A stretch of 64,000 nucleotides of DNA from Ruditapes philippinarum (Eukaryota): NCBI RefSeq assembly GCF_026571515.1, contig NW_026856735.1:124001-188000 (forward strand). Direction: 5' to 3'. Positions 1 through 14,319 of the stretch are shown here, piece after piece (position 1 is the first letter of the stretch; every line of letters begins with the position of its first letter). The notes under the pieces were generated by a model. The model was not told where the DNA came from and made no database searches. It worked only from the letters and a program-made list of their open reading frames with translations. The translations under genes were made by a program, and so were the position numbers.

Positions 1-3000
1 CTAATTCTGGGCCTGTTATTGCCCCCATGAAACTCGCCATTATTTGTCCTAATGGACCTTCTACGTTTGAAAGTAAAAAGGCAAATCCGACCGATATAAG
101 GCCATAGATTACAACAACAGCCTTAGATATATTAGCCCCCTTTTCGTCTGAAATATCTTTCAGAAAAACTTTGATGAAATCTTCGTACGTAACCGCGGAA
201 AGACTACTTAAACCTGAAGAAATTGTGCTGAGTGAAGCCGCTGCTAAAGCAGCTATAAATAGCCCCGGTAAACCTGGATAATTATGAAACAATTCAAGGA
301 TTGTGAATGGAATAATTTGATTCAAGTTTTCTACTTGACCAGATGCAAGTGGATCACAACCTTTGTTCGAAAAATATGCAAATATCCCGAGACCCTGAAT
401 CATAACTAAAATCCATGTTAGTGAATATATAGGTGCTGCGATGTAAAATATTTTCCGTGCAGCTCCGATACTCGGAGTTGAGTTGATTCTCTGTATCCCG
501 GCTTGAGTTATAGCTAGATGGAGAAACTGCGAAGGGGCACCAATCACAAGCGTCCAGAAAGTATGACGTAATGTTGGATCTGGGTCAAAGTTGAAGAAGT
601 TCAGGCGAGACTTGCTAAATGTGAGCACGTTTGACATGCCTCCAGCGTTTGTTGTAGTTTTTATAAGAACTGAAATGGAATAAATACACTTTTGCAATGT
701 TGTGAAAGGAAGTTAAAGATAGACTACAGTAAAAACCCGCTTTACGACCACCCCGTTTTCGAGACCAACCCGCTCATACGAACGATTTTTCAAAGACCCG
801 ATTTTTTTATTATTTATTTTAATGATCGCTAACCCCGACTTTTAGACCACCCCGTTATTCCGTAATACGACCAGTAACTTCAGTCCCATTTCGTAAATTC
901 TGTACATTTGGAAACCCATAAATACGACCGCGGGCACACTCTCACCTAGATATTGACATGCATGAAATCTTTTTGACACGTGATGTAAACAACAGTTGTC
1001 CTAGTTTTACGACATTTAACGACATCCAATTTACGGCAGAGGTCAAAGTTACTTTGTATCAAACCCGGAAATGATCAATAATTTCTTAATTTCACACCTT
1101 TAATGTCATAACTGGAGGATTAAAACAACAAAATATTGAACAGAAAACTTTCAATAAGTTTTTAGAGGTGTTGCTGCTATCATTATCTCTTTCGTTCCAT
1201 AATTTTAAACAAAGATAAACATGATACGATTAGGTTTTTGAAGTTGTTATCGGCGATGAAAACTGTGAAAATAATTAAAGGTTAATTGGTCGATGTGCTT
1301 TGTAGTAAAATGGTGATTTAATTGAGTAAGTTATGTCATTCTTTTAACACGAATGTAAAAATGTTTTTGTGTTTAAAGACATTCATAATTTATTTTGTAC
1401 CTCTAAAGAAGTTTAAAAAATTTATAATGTTAAAAAGTAAAAGAAAATAAATGAAAATAAAAAATAAAAGTGTATGCTTAATATCTTCTTATTTGAAATA
1501 AGTTAGCCCAGAATTAAACATGTGTACAGTACATGGTATCCCTTAATATATTGCCTGGTTTTCTGTTTGACCAAACTCATTAATGAGACCAACCCGCTAT
1601 TAAGACCAGATTTGTAAAGTCCCTTCATTGGTCTCATTAGCGAGTTTTTACTGTACATATAATTGTTGTGCGAAAGAACCATTTAGCGTATTTTAGAGTG
1701 TGAGTAGCGTATATGTAAATGCAATTCGAGCAAGCTTAGCCTGTCAACCAAGCGACATACTTTCCCTACGCTTTAAATTCGTCGATGATACCTACAATGG
1801 AATTATTGAATTCAATTATATACGTTTTCTGACTCCCTTGCCGTAAACGTAAGAATCGGTCATAACCTCTGAATGACTAATTTGAGCGTCAGTCTTGCTC
1901 TATCATATAATGAACGTGTACTTAACAGATTGTTACGATGGCTTATGGCAGCATGTCTAACACGTATACGACGTATATTTTAACTATTGTATTGTCATTT
2001 TACTCAAATGTTCTCACACATTTCTGCAATGCGCTACAGTGATTCACCAGATCTACTACCAACATTATGATGATGCAAGTATGTATTTCGAATTTTCATT
2101 GGCTAAAACACTTTGTATTCTATACAGTTTGTACGGCATAACCAAAATACACACAAATGACCAATTTATTTATACATCGTAAGCGATTAGTTTTGCGTTT
2201 GCTCTAAATGACATATATCTAGATAAATTATCATTACTTTAGAACAATAGTTAAAAGTTAGAAAGCTATGATGACGTTGTACTTGATTTTTTTTTATTTT
2301 GCAGCACAAGCTTAACTATAGTCTAAAGTCTGACCTCATCTTTTTACATGAGTGTCTTTTCTGCGTTTCTTTAAAAACAAAATAAAGTTGCTAGGATTTC
2401 CTATGAACTTATCGTCAATAACGATATGTGTTATTACAAATTCGTTGAAAAGGTTTCTGACGGTCATATTTATCTCATTCAAGCTATATTTCCACATACA
2501 TCCCGTCAGTAACTTGTAAAGCATAGTATATAACTGATTTCACGGCTTGTTAATTTCAGATGTAAAGTCTTATCACCAATTTCAATTTCTAGTCATGACC
2601 ATTTTATCTTTTACGAGTTATGCATCATAAAGTTACAATGTATCATCAAAATTTATATATAAACCTTTTTAGGTGTTTATAAAAAAACATTCTACACATA
2701 TTTAAATAAATGATACGTCATCTTGAGTGAAAAGCGGACGTAAATTACAGGACAGGACTATGTCGGTGAAATGTTGAACGATATAAAATCCACATTTGAT
2801 AAAGCACACTAAATACACGATTAACGAGGGGTAAGTTTAAGAGTAAGCTCATCTGTAACGTTTTGTAGGTAACCTTATCATTGGTTTTTCATTGGTACCA
2901 ATATTTACGAACAAAATTTGTCATTAATTTACAGTAGTTTTGAAAAGTTTTATTTATGACGTCATTCAAAATGGCGATCTTGATCTGATTTCCATTGTTA

Positions 3001-4384
3001 AATGGAACTTAAAAAACAAGAATAAAGATCATAAAGATCAACAAGGCATAGGCAACGTTCACAGGACCCCGCCCCCGGACACACCCAAGCAGGACACCCA
3101 GAAGGCACCAAACAAGCACCCGGAGTGGACACAAGGGCGAGACATGTAATTAAAGACACCTTGAGTGTTGTTACACAAATAATAGCACCGATTTATTTCA
3201 GAGTTTGTTTCGTAATTATCTTGTGAATTTCTGTTTGTTTTTGGTGCCTCAGACATTAATATTTTATGTGTTTTTTTTAGGTTTTTGGACATCAGTGGAG
3301 TCATTGAAAATGTAATATTGCTAATTTACAAAATGTGAAAAAGTGCAGAATTGCAAATTATCTTTTTCCCACTCTTTATAATAGTGCATCTTTCTTGAAC
3401 CATAGCGGAATAAATATAATATCTACCCTAGACAAAGATATGTCCTCTAAATAGGTGCTGCAGGACAAATAATCTTCCCATGATCAATACAAAAAGTTTG
3501 ACAATTTTACCAGCAGGATATCAGGGCGTCTATAATCCGATCACGATCTTTAATGTGTTTGATAAGAAAGAGCTCAGCGTGGTTCAGGTGGACATGTATA
3601 TGTACCAATACATCATAAAAAATGACCTTTAAAGAATTAAACAGCGAAATAAAATATCTGTAGATAAAAATGATAAAAACCTAAGGTCGATCACTAGTTT
3701 ATTCAGCACCTTAGACCTGCGAGTCATGAACTTAATCTTGATGATAACCTTAAAGTAAGAAATAAAGCTGTTACCTGCAAGTATGCCTACAAGCATGACG
3801 AGGGATTGAAAGACGTCAGTCCATATGACGGCCTTGAATCCTCCAATGGACGTGTAGATGATGGAAGACGTTGAGAAGATAAGAATTGATGACCACATTG
3901 GTAGTTTGGCGACTGATTCCAAGGCCAACGCTGTACCATACATAACAATGCCCATGTAGAACGTATAATGGATAACACCTAACGTAACGGCAACGTAACG
4001 TACAGAATTAGTTTTGTAACGTAGAAAATAGTACTCGTACACGCTGGTGACTTTCAGAGGGTGGAATATCGGTACAACAATAAGCGCAGCAAGTAGATAG
4101 CCACAAATGACACCAACACATTGCATGGCATACTGGAGACCATAGGCGTATGCTTCCGCCGGAAATCCCAAAATTAAGATGGACGACTGGAATGACACAA
4201 CAAAAGACAATCCCACTGGCAGCGAACTCAGTTTTCTATCCCCAAGGAAATAATTTTCCGTCGTGTTATGTTTTTTATCCCGTAATGCGAAAAATACTCC
4301 TATTGCAACAGAAATAAATATAAGAAGTCCAAAAACAACAAAATCCGGCACAGAAAATGAGCGTGCGAGCGTTTCGGCGTCCAT
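1..4384 (-). CDS. SLC5 sodium:solute symporter, SMCT/NIS/SMVT-like, copy A (3' end runs off the window)
   Basis: Exon 1 4384-3775 (MDAETLARSFSVPDF...NYFLGDR...GFPAEAYAYG...YTSIGGFKAVIWTDVFQ), donor GTAACA. Exon 2 starts at 669 after a TTTCAG acceptor and reads VLIKTTTNAGG...FDPDPTLRHTFW...GCDPL...PGLPGLFIAALAAASLSTISSGLSSL to the window edge. Phase-1 intron joins in frame. A pyrimidine tract plus AG just upstream of the ATG suggests a further 5'UTR intron. Confidence 0.93.
727..1653. mobile_element. Non-autonomous Tc1/mariner (pogo/Tigger-like) DNA transposon in the intron of SLC5 copy A
   Basis: TA|CAGTAAAAACCCGCT ... AGCGAGTTTTTACTG|TA: imperfect TIR, TA TSD, repeated subterminal GACCA(A/C)CC motifs, no ORF. 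Confidence 0.8.
3015..3146 (-). mobile_element. 3' end fragment of a non-LTR retroelement/SINE
   Basis: GC-rich island. On the minus strand it ends GAACGTTGCCTATGCCTTGTTGATCTTT...TTCTTGTTTT, matching the end of the insertion at 10547-10700. Confidence 0.5.
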
Positions 4385-7300
4385 TGTTCTATCTAAAAAA
4401 AACGAGAAAGAAAATATTATACAAGCTAGTTTGTTTACAAGTGTTTGTAGCTCTTATGTTCGGCTTAACGCAGATTACTTGTATACTGCCGTTTAAAGTG
4501 TTATTATTTACTTTATATAGCCTCATATTCCTCGGAGCAAAACAAGATTCATTTATGTAAATTATTTACTAGTATACAGCAATTTTCAAATCCATTACAA
4601 TAAAAAGATAAACAGATGGATAACAGATGCGTCTATAAGTTTTATAAAGTTTAAGTATCAAATTGTGTACGTATAATTCTTGTTGATATGTATACTTTTA
4701 ATTGTGTTAAGATATTTTGTTTTGTTTTCGCTTTTTTCTAAACTACAGTAGCAATAATAAGGTCCGATGGCGACTTTCCAGTTTTCGTTGGAGTAAAACA
4801 AACTTCAGATGTCATTCCGTGCATTATTTCATGCACAAGCGGGTACTTGAGTGAAAAAAACCGATCTGAACCACGTGACCCCGACGATTAAATTTTAGAA
4901 CATGTCTGGAGATTGAAAGTACATTTTTTATTCCATACAATTTTTTTTTTTCATCGATGACATATGCCGTTGGATATTTTGTATTTCCTTTTCTGGATTT
5001 ATCATTAACAATGGTTCCCAAACACTTGCGTATATGTCATGAGTATTATTCACTGGAAACAAATAATACCAGAACTTCTACACTAATCTTAAAGAAAGAC
5101 TACCTTAAAATTTACGTGATGTTTTGTGATTTGCAGGAAGCAGAAAAATCGAAAGACCGGCGTATTCATAACCTTTTTTTTTTTCATTATTATTATTAAA
5201 ATGATAGACTTTTAATTTTCTAATGTCTCAGAATATGATTTTGAAGAACTAGTTATGTTACAAAATATATTAAATAAGCTTCCGTGAATAATTTTTCAAT
5301 GTAGTGGTGGATTTAATGAATACCAAATTTATCATGCATACAAGTAATTTCCAGTCAGTCGTAAAAATCAAATGATGCCCAAATAAAAGCCGTGTAAGAG
5401 CACACTTTTATAAACCGCTACAAAAGAAAAGGCGGGAAAAGTAAGTAATTAGTATTGCACAAAATGTGTTAAAAGTCACAGTCAATTTGCTTAAACTTAC
5501 AAGCAAGTGAAGACGCTATCTGTTCTTTCATTCATTGGTATTACTTTATTTTATATTACATTATTTTATGAGATATCAACACTTTGAGCACTGAACCTTG
5601 AGATTTTAATTGTGTTTCATTTCGTTTTATATGTCGCGCTTCATATGTATCAATATACCGGTAATATAATGGTAACAGCAGGGTCAATTTAAAGTTGAAT
5701 AATATGGTAAAATAAGCATAAAATACTAGTATGTAGAATCAGTTTGGGAAATAATGAGTTAATAAAATAAAGTAATGACTTAAGCAGTGTCTGAAAAATA
5801 AAATACGTTGTCTTCTTACTCTGAAACAAACAATCAAAATTGCCGGGGGCTGACTGAAAGGGAATAAACCTTCGTTTTTTATCATATTCGTACTCGGTTA
5901 TATAGTTTTTCTATCAGCTTATAGCTTCACAATCGGAGTAAAATGTTATCTAAAATGTATCTGGAAAGCTAGAAATAAATTTGAAAAGATGAAACTAAAC
6001 AAAATAGTTGTAATGCACGGTTTGGCAAAAGTGAATTCATTTTTCTTTTCTTACTTTTTTCTGACCACTTATGTTGTTCTGACTTCTCGGCAACAATATA
6101 AATACGTACGACTATGTAGTAAATTATGTTATTGGAGTAAATTTTAAAAGAAAAAAAATAGTCGGGATTCGCCTTTCGTCAGAACTTTAAGTGCTTTGAT
6201 AGTTACGCTTCGAAAAGTGCTACCCGACCTTTGGCGTTTAATTATTGAGTTTCTTTCTTGCATTGATTGTGCAAATCATACCATGAACAACCGTAGTATT
6301 TTTTTTTCTATCTTTACAAATTTTATAACATGAGAAACTCGTGTATAGTGACCTTAAAAATGACATATGAAATAAATCTAAAACAAATGAACTCTAATTC
6401 TTCATATGTTTAACCTGAAATCTAGACCATGGTCTGTGTCGTAAGAATAACGAAATTTCCATAACGAAATAAAAGAAACATTAAGGGTCCTCTATTTAGC
6501 GTGATCAAGAGGTGCATGACGACTGGTTTTTGTTCGATTTAATCGGATGCTTTAACACAAACCAATTCTTTTTTTTTTTTTATTTGTTTTTTTTTTTTCA
6601 AAAAGACTAGACTATATTTTGTCATTCTTAGTCACTGTTCTCAAAATGCTTCACGTTTTTTTTTGTTTGCTTTTTTGCGATTTTTTTGTCTAAAAGACAA
6701 ATGTTTTACAAAAGACGAAAAGATACCTTTTCGCCTTAACAACAACTTTAAATAAACCGAGAAAAGGTTCGGCGAAATAAACGTTTTTATTTTCTTTAAT
6801 CTTTGTGAATAAAATAAATTGATTTTGTTAGACTGTCGTATTTAATTGAATTAAAATCAATCGACTTGTACACCATGATCTCACCAATTGGAGGCCATTT
6901 AACCTTTCCGTACGAAATAGCAGTGCTCGGGCACGTAAACAAAATAAAATGATTGTAAAGAAGCTTTAATTTGCGGCGCACAATTATGAAACAGTTTCAT
7001 AATATTCTGGATTTCAGGTTAAGGATATTAAATTGGTTGATACAAAACTATTTATCAGCGATGATTTTTTTCACAGCACAAAATCAACATTAAGGTTACG
7101 CGGATGTGATTTCCCGTGCACTTGTTACCTAGTTATAATGTAAAAAAGATAATAATTACCATATACATGAAGATAAAGCTACAAAAATAATTCAATATCA
7201 TACATTATGCTGATTTGAAGCAGGCAATGAAATAAGAAAAACAACGTGTTGAGGGAGATGCTGCGAGCGATACTCTTCTTGATGTGGCGAAGATTAAGCT

Positions 7301-7585
7301 TAACAAATCCCTTGCTACAATTACTCATAATAGAAACATATTGAAACAGTAATAAATACATGTTATTTCATTTAATGTTTATATTATTCAACTCATTGTT
7401 ATATTTCAGTTATTTATCAACTTATTTGTTAAAATTTGAATCATATTGTATGTGCCGAGATATATGTGTTTTACATTTGCACTTGCCTAACAGTGACGCT
7501 AAAATGCAACACAAACATGACAATTACCCAATACAAAAGCGAAAGTAACGATGTGAAAAAGTATTAATGCTTAAAAGTAAATATT

Positions 7586-8605
7586 AAACAAGAGGGCCAA
7601 AATGGTGCTAGATCGCTCAATTGACCCATCGAACTCATCCGAGCAATTACTTCGACATGCATTCTGACCAAGTTTGATGGCAATTGAGTCCAAAATGTAC
7701 GTGGCTACTAGAGTCTTAACAAGGTTTTTCCATATTTCGGCATTGTGACCTAGCTTTTATCCCCAGGTGTCCCACATTTAAGCTTGACCTAAAAATCATC
7801 AAAACAAACTTTCAGACCAATTTCCAGTATATTTGGATAAATACAGAAGCAATTAGAGAATTATCAAGATTTTTTCTATTTTTAGGTTCTGTGTTCCAAT
7901 TTTTCATCCGAGATAACCAATTTTCAAAGTAATTCGAAAAATTACCTAGACAAGCATCCTAACCAAGTTTGATGACAATTGAGTCAAAAATGTTACCACT
8001 AGAGTGACCATAAGTTTGATCCATACTTGGGCGGTGTCTTAGTTTATGGCCCCAGGTGACCCATATTTAAACTACACCTAGATTTCATCAGACAATTTCC
8101 AGCATATTTGAATCAAAATAGTAGTAATAGAGAGTAAACAAGGTTTTTTTCCCATTTTTTTTTTTGCTCCTAAGACCTAGTTTTTCATCCTAGATAACCC
8201 ATGTTTAAAGTCATCCGAACAATTACCTAAATAAGCATCCTGACCAAGTTTGATGTCAATTGAGTCTAAAAAAGTGAGCACTAGAGTTTTAACATGTGAC
8301 CCATATTCAAATTTTATCTAGAAATCATAAAAAAACACTTCCAGACCAATGCCCAGGATATTTGGATCAAAACAGTACCCACTAGAGTGTTAACAAGATT
8401 TAATTTTTGTATTTTTAGTTCTTGTGACCTAGTTTTCCATCTGAGTTGACCCATGTTCAGACTAATCAGACAAATATCCTGACAACGTTAGGTATGATTG
8501 AGGCAAAAATGTGACCACTAGAATGTTAACGAACAAATGTGGACGGACGACGGACATTCAACGATCCTAATAGCTCGCCCTGAGCCAGCTCAGGTGAGCT
8601 AAAAA
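7586..8605 (-). mobile_element. Helentron-associated (HINE/pearl-like) non-autonomous element with internal tandem repeats
   Basis: One end AAACAAGAGGGCC...GATCGCTCA. Several degenerate internal repeats (CTAGAGTGTTAACAAGG...GTGACCTAG...GACCCA), a (GGAC)n microsatellite, and a terminal palindrome AGCTCGCCCTGAGC-CA-GCTCAGGTGAGCT in an A/T run. A second copy is at 57235-60768. Confidence 0.7.
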
Positions 8606-9289
8606 TTCTTTAAAACGACATAAAGATACGAAAACAAAATTTCTCATTAAGTTTTTGATAAAGTACCTGAACTATTTTAATCGGTGTATCATAAGATATT
8701 TTAATTAAAACGTGCTATTGTCAAATGTGTTTAAATATAATGTTTATTTGTGTTTTAGTTTTATTAAAGCACGACGTTTACCTCTTTTTTTTCTTTTTTT
8801 CGCCTCTAATCAGAGTACGCTTGCACTTGGAAAGTAGTTTGTGTATGTATACACTCAGCTTAAATATTTAATGTAAGAGACTTGCATATTAAATATCAAA
8901 CTATTTGATTGAAATACCATTTCATCATAATAAAGCGTAAAACATACACAACTTGAATGGCTGTCATAATATTTATAAGTCATATGTATGACAAAAACAA
9001 AAGACTTCATCTAGGCAGCTGCCTACAACAATTCCCACGATTATAAGATTGTAAGACACATTAATCTTACAATTTTTATTAGCTTTTTTGTCCTCTTCAA
9101 CAGTAATTGGACTGTGTATATGGATATATGATAGGTATAATCCATTTAGCAAGCATTCCAACTGTATGACGGAGTATTTGCACCATGCAGTCTTTTTTTC
9201 GTCAGGATAAAGATGCAAGAAATTTACCAAATATACACAGAGAGAAGTAATCAAGATGTACTCAGAAAGAAATAACCAAAATCTGCTGA

Positions 9290-12200
9290 AAATACAAAAT
9301 TGATCGCCGAGACCGCAATAAATTTGGAGGGGGAATTCTTGTTTATTCACGTGATGATTTGCCATTCCATGGAGCCAGAAAATTTTGAATGCATGTGTTT
9401 TGAACTATCTTTAAATAAAAGAAAGTGGTGTATCCTTGCTCTTTACAAACCTCCTAATATCAAAAATGAGGATTTTACTATTACTTGCACTAATGTTCTT
9501 GATAGAATTTTAATACAATATGATAACATCCTGCTTCTTGGTGATCTGAACTTTGACATGAACAGGCTTGAAAAATCATCCTACCTTCGCGATATTTGTG
9601 ATACATATAACCTTGAAATTGTTGTAAAAGGAAACACATGCTTTATGAAAAATGCAAGTCAATTGATGTTATTCTAACTAACAGATCAAATTTTATTTGT
9701 AACACAGAAAATTTAGATGTTAGTATCAGTGACTGTCACAATCTAGTAGCTACTACAATTAAAGAGCAGTGTTGTCAAACAAAACCGAAATATGTTAAAT
9801 TTAGATCATACAAACATTTTAATGAGTCTGTTTTCAACACTGAACTTAGCAAAATTCCATTCCATATTGCAGATATTTTTGATGATATTGATGATTCATA
9901 CTGGGCTTTTGAAACACTTTTCAAAGAAGCTGTGGATGAACATGCTCCAATAAAAGAACACAAACTAAGATCACAAAAAGTTCCTTTCATGAATGGTGAA
10001 TTAAGAAAATCAATCTATAAAAACAGGAACTAAGAAATTGCTATTTCAAAAACCGTAAAAACAATAACTGGGAGACTTTCCGCAAACAAAAAATTTGGTC
10101 ACAAAACTAAAAAGAGAGTCAATGGAAAAATATTTCTTTGAAAGGTGTAATGAAGGTCCAAAATCAAGTCACTTCTGGCCAACAATTAAACCATTTTTGA
10201 CATAAAAATCTACAGCAAAATCTGACAGCAAAATTATTCTTAATGAAAATGAGACCCTAATATCAGACCAAAAGGAAGTAAGTAATATTCTGAATGATTT
10301 TTATGTGAATATTGCTTGTGATATTGGTTAAAAAACTGATGCTGATATTGATGAAACACATCCAAGCATAACACAAATATCTGAAAATCATCCCTCAATT
10401 GATACCTTTCAATTTGCTCCAGTGAGCACTGATCAAACTTTTAAATTGTTGAAAAGTTTAAATTCAAAAAAGGCCATTGGTGTGGACAGCCTACCACCAA
10501 AAATAATAAAGCAGGTGCGTATGCCCTGACAAATCCTATAACTTCGTGTCGTTATAACTTATAACGTGTCGTTGCCCTGTCCTTTTTATGTTTGGGGTCC
10601 GCCTGGGCTCCTTGCCATTGGTTCTTGTTGCTGGGTCATATGGGGGTTGCGTTCATTGAACGCCGCCTTTCCTTGTTGATCTTGTTTATCATATTTTTCG
10701 CTTATTAATAAAAGCTTTCAAACATCTCAATTTCCTTCAGCTTTAAAACAAGCACAAATTAAACCTCTGCTCAAAAAGGATGATCCTTTCCAAAAGAAAA
10801 ATTACAGACCTGTCAGTATCTTACCTACTATTTCACAAGTTTTTGAAAAATCTATTAGTGCTCAACTTAGCATACATTTTGAAAACATTTTTCATGATTT
10901 TCTATCAGCATTCTGTAAAAATTTTGGCTGTCAAACAACATTACTGCGCCTCACTGAAGATTGGAAGAGAGCATTAGATAGAAATGAATATTTAGCTGCC
11001 ATACTCATGGATCTGTCTAAGGCTTTTGGCTGTCTTTCGCATGACCTGATTATTCTTAAACTTAAGGCCTATGGTATGTCTGATGCCTGCAAAGTTTTTG
11101 TTTAAAAGACAGCAACAAGTAAAACGAGGTACAATCTGTAGTGAGTGGAATAAAATAAACAAAGGGGTTCCACAAGGGTTAATTCCTGGTCCCCTCTTAT
11201 CTAAGATTTTCTTAAATGATATATTTATTTTATTTTATTAAAAATGGTTCTGTTAATAATTATGCAGATGACAATACCCTCTCATTTAATCATATTAATG
11301 TGGAAACTCTTAAAAGCAAAGTACAAGATGAATGTGTTGTCATGATTAAATGGTTTGAAGACAATCTTATGCAAGCAATCCCTGAGAAGTTTCAGGCTAT
11401 ATGTATAGGCAAACAAACCTGTAAAAATGTGTCTAACTTCCAGATTCTTGATGCCACTATTTCTTGTGAATCTCATGTAAAACTACTTGGTATTGAAATA
11501 GATTCCCTATTAAATTTTGATATTCATATCTCAAATGTTTGTAAAAAGTCTGCAAGAAAAATTAATGTATTAACCAGACTATGTCATCTACTTAATCTGG
11601 ATGCAAAAATTCTTATATACAAAAGTTTTATCAGATTTAACTTTAATTTTTGCCCTTTAGTCTGGCTTTTTTGTAGCAAAGACAATACAAACAAATTGGA
11701 AAAACTTCAACATAGAGCTCTGAAAATAGTTTGTAATGACTTTTATCAACTTTTGAAGATCTGCTTAAACTGACCAATATGCCATCACTCCATATCAATA
11801 GAATTAAACAACTCGCTTTTGAAGTCTTTAAATGTCTTAACAGCATTTCACCTAAGTATGTTCAAGAACTTGATAATGTGCGTTCATCAAATTATAATTT
11901 TAGATACCAAAATACATTAGATGTACCTAAAGTACGCACAACCAATTATGGTAAAAAGAGTTTTCGCTTTGAAGCATCTAAAATCTGGAATAGTTTACCT
12001 AATGATCTCAGATGTACATCTGAGTTAAATGAGTTTAAACGACTAATTGAAACATGGAGTAATGACAAGTGTGTCTGCTCTTTGTGCATTTAAACTTAAT
12101 GTTTCTATTTCACTTGATTCCTGTTTTTGTTTGTAAATAAATTTAGTTATCTTTTCCTTGAATTATGTACTATGTATTTGTATATATGTAAATTATACTA

Positions 12201-12450
12201 TACCTTCATTAGACATGAATGTATTTTCATAATGCTCAGATTTCATAACAATGACTATATGAATTAATTGTATGTATTATTATCTTATGGTGTCTGTTTA
12301 TTTTTGTTGCTGTTTATTTTTGTTTCTTTGTTCCTTATTATTATTTTATATATTTTTGTTCATGTCGGATACAAGCTTAAAGCTTATGTTTTGTACTGTT
12401 AACCATAACCGACTATAAATAAAGTTTGTCTTACTGTCTTACTGTCTTAC
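9290..12450 (+). mobile_element. Decayed CR1/L2-group LINE (APE endonuclease plus reverse transcriptase pseudogene)
   Basis: Frameshifted ORF2 pieces carry RDRNKFGGGIL, LYKPP, LLGDLNFDM, IDVILTN, SDCHNL, NYRPVSILP, AILMDLSKAF, GVPQG, YADDNTL, VKLLGIEID, YGKKSFRF..SKIWNSLP. 3'UTR ends AATAAA followed by (TGTCTTAC)x3 at 12427-12450. Several stops. The 5' boundary is uncertain and could extend a few hundred bp left. Confidence 0.92.
10547..10700 (+). mobile_element. Short retroelement 3'-end insertion inside the LINE RT region
   Basis: Removing it restores the LINE frame AAT CCT ATA ACT TCG|CTT ATT AAT AAA AGC (NPITS-LINKS). TTCG is duplicated at both junctions. Confidence 0.7.
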
Positions 12451-12451
12451 A

Positions 12452-12670
12452 AGTTGTTAAGGTTCAAACTATTCCCTGTGTGTTCATATTTCGCCCAGTA
12501 CTTTTGATTTTTTTCGACGAATCTATCAACCTGGCTAAGGGATGGTCAATATTTCTACTCCGACACCTGCTCGTGTCCGAAAGAATGCAGAGTGGCACCT
12601 GAGGCCATTCTCTTCCAGTAAAGCTAGAACGTTGACTGCCTATAACGTAGGTTTAACTCAAACAAAAAAT
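12452..12670 (+). mobile_element. Degenerate SINE
   Basis: Body GGCACCTGAGGCCATTCTCTTCCAGTAAAGCTAGAA is similar in reverse to the 35545-35775 and 62648-62775 copies; A-rich tail. Confidence 0.45.
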
Positions 12671-13976
12671 AGATACTGTATGATTAAGTATAAAACGAAC
12701 GACTGAAATAAACGAGTTATATAACATATAATGTAACCAGCCATGAACACACACTTTTATCGAGTTCACGTGTACTCAGAGTTACGAAACGATATTTTAT
12801 GACTGAAACATTAAACAGGATAGGATTTATAACGAGATGAGTTTTTTATATATTCACGGCCTAATGTTACGGGATATATTTTTTATGTTCTATTATCGTT
12901 ATTTTGATTTTATCAATTTTAAATTAATTTGATATCAATAGTAAACTTTAGATCATTCTTGACTAGGACTGCTTATTTGGAACACCTAGACAATAATTGA
13001 TAGTCATCACAGATTTAAAACGGATTTATATTAATTTCAACATGTAATCTTTGTATTATAAAAATGCGTTGAGAATATATATATATTACCATCCACAGGG
13101 AAATATAGTATATTTAGGTAAAATTATTATTGAAAAATTAAAAAAATATATATATCTGATTAAAATAAAGACTTAAAAACGTTGCTAAAATATGAGTAAA
13201 AAGTAAGAGTCAGTATAAAACTTCTTATTGCTCCTTTGGAAAAAAACTCGACAAAAATCTTAATCAATATATCGGAAATATACATTTTTATCAATATATT
13301 GAACCTATACATTTTTTTATCAAATTTTATAAAAATTTGAGCAGCATATTTATGATATAAAATCATAAAAAGTGAGTTACGTGATCTTTAATGAAATTCG
13401 AAGAGAGGCACTTCCTGTAAATATTTCATGTATAAGTCGAACAAGATAACGTTTGAGTTATCCGGTAGAACCATTATTACATAGCCGGTTGTACAAGTTA
13501 TTTAATCATCGCATTCTGCACTATTATTGTAATATAATTGAAAACACGTTACCCGAGTAGTAAACAGGTTAAGAGTTAGAATGTGCAACAGAGCATATGA
13601 TATTAACCTATTTTTATAGTTTTGATAGTTTGTCAGGAGAGTGGTTAATTACTATTTCGTAACATTATTTCATTTTAATCAATTTCATGCTTTGAAGTTC
13701 TGAAAATTAAAATAAAATTTTTTAAATGTTAAGAAAAAAATGAAATATATTTGATCTTTTAACAATGACTGTCGTTAAACAGATTATATAGACGTTTTTA
13801 CTTTATTTGAAACCCTTATTTCACTTGCCACATTTTAGACAAGTTTTGGCACACTTGTTCATTTATTTCTTTGTTTATTCAGTCAGTTATAAACACCATG
13901 GCCCCAGTAATCGGCTGTGTTCACTTTTAACTCTGTGGAAAACTAAATGCTGTAAATTTACCTGGTATATATGATT

Positions 13977-14190
13977 TTGTTTGTTTGTTTGTGTCATTTT
14001 ACGCCTTTTTCCAACAGTATTTCAGTCATATAGGCGTGTAGTTTCCTAACCATCGTTCCTGGAGAGTTACAGCAGTACTTGACAACCTTCCTCCGCGCTA
14101 AACTACCAAAGCATCTCCCGGGGATCGAACCCACGCCAGCGAGGTAACTGGATTAGAAGTCATCGACTCTAACCACTCGACCACGAAATT
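13977..14190 (-). mobile_element. tRNA-derived SINE
   Basis: Minus strand: A box GTGGTCGAGTGGTTAGAG, B box GGTTCGATCCC, LINE-like tail ATGACTGAAATACTGTTGGAAAAAGGCGTAAAA, then (CAAA)n. Confidence 0.75.
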
Positions 14191-14319
14191 CACGAAGAAC
14201 TAAAATCCAGTAAATTTAAAACTATTTTAAACAAAAAAATGAAATAAAGTAAAAATGCCTTTCCAGATTTCGAACCAGGGTCTCTGCATTTCCGAACCGA
14301 ACACTCCACTACTCTATGT

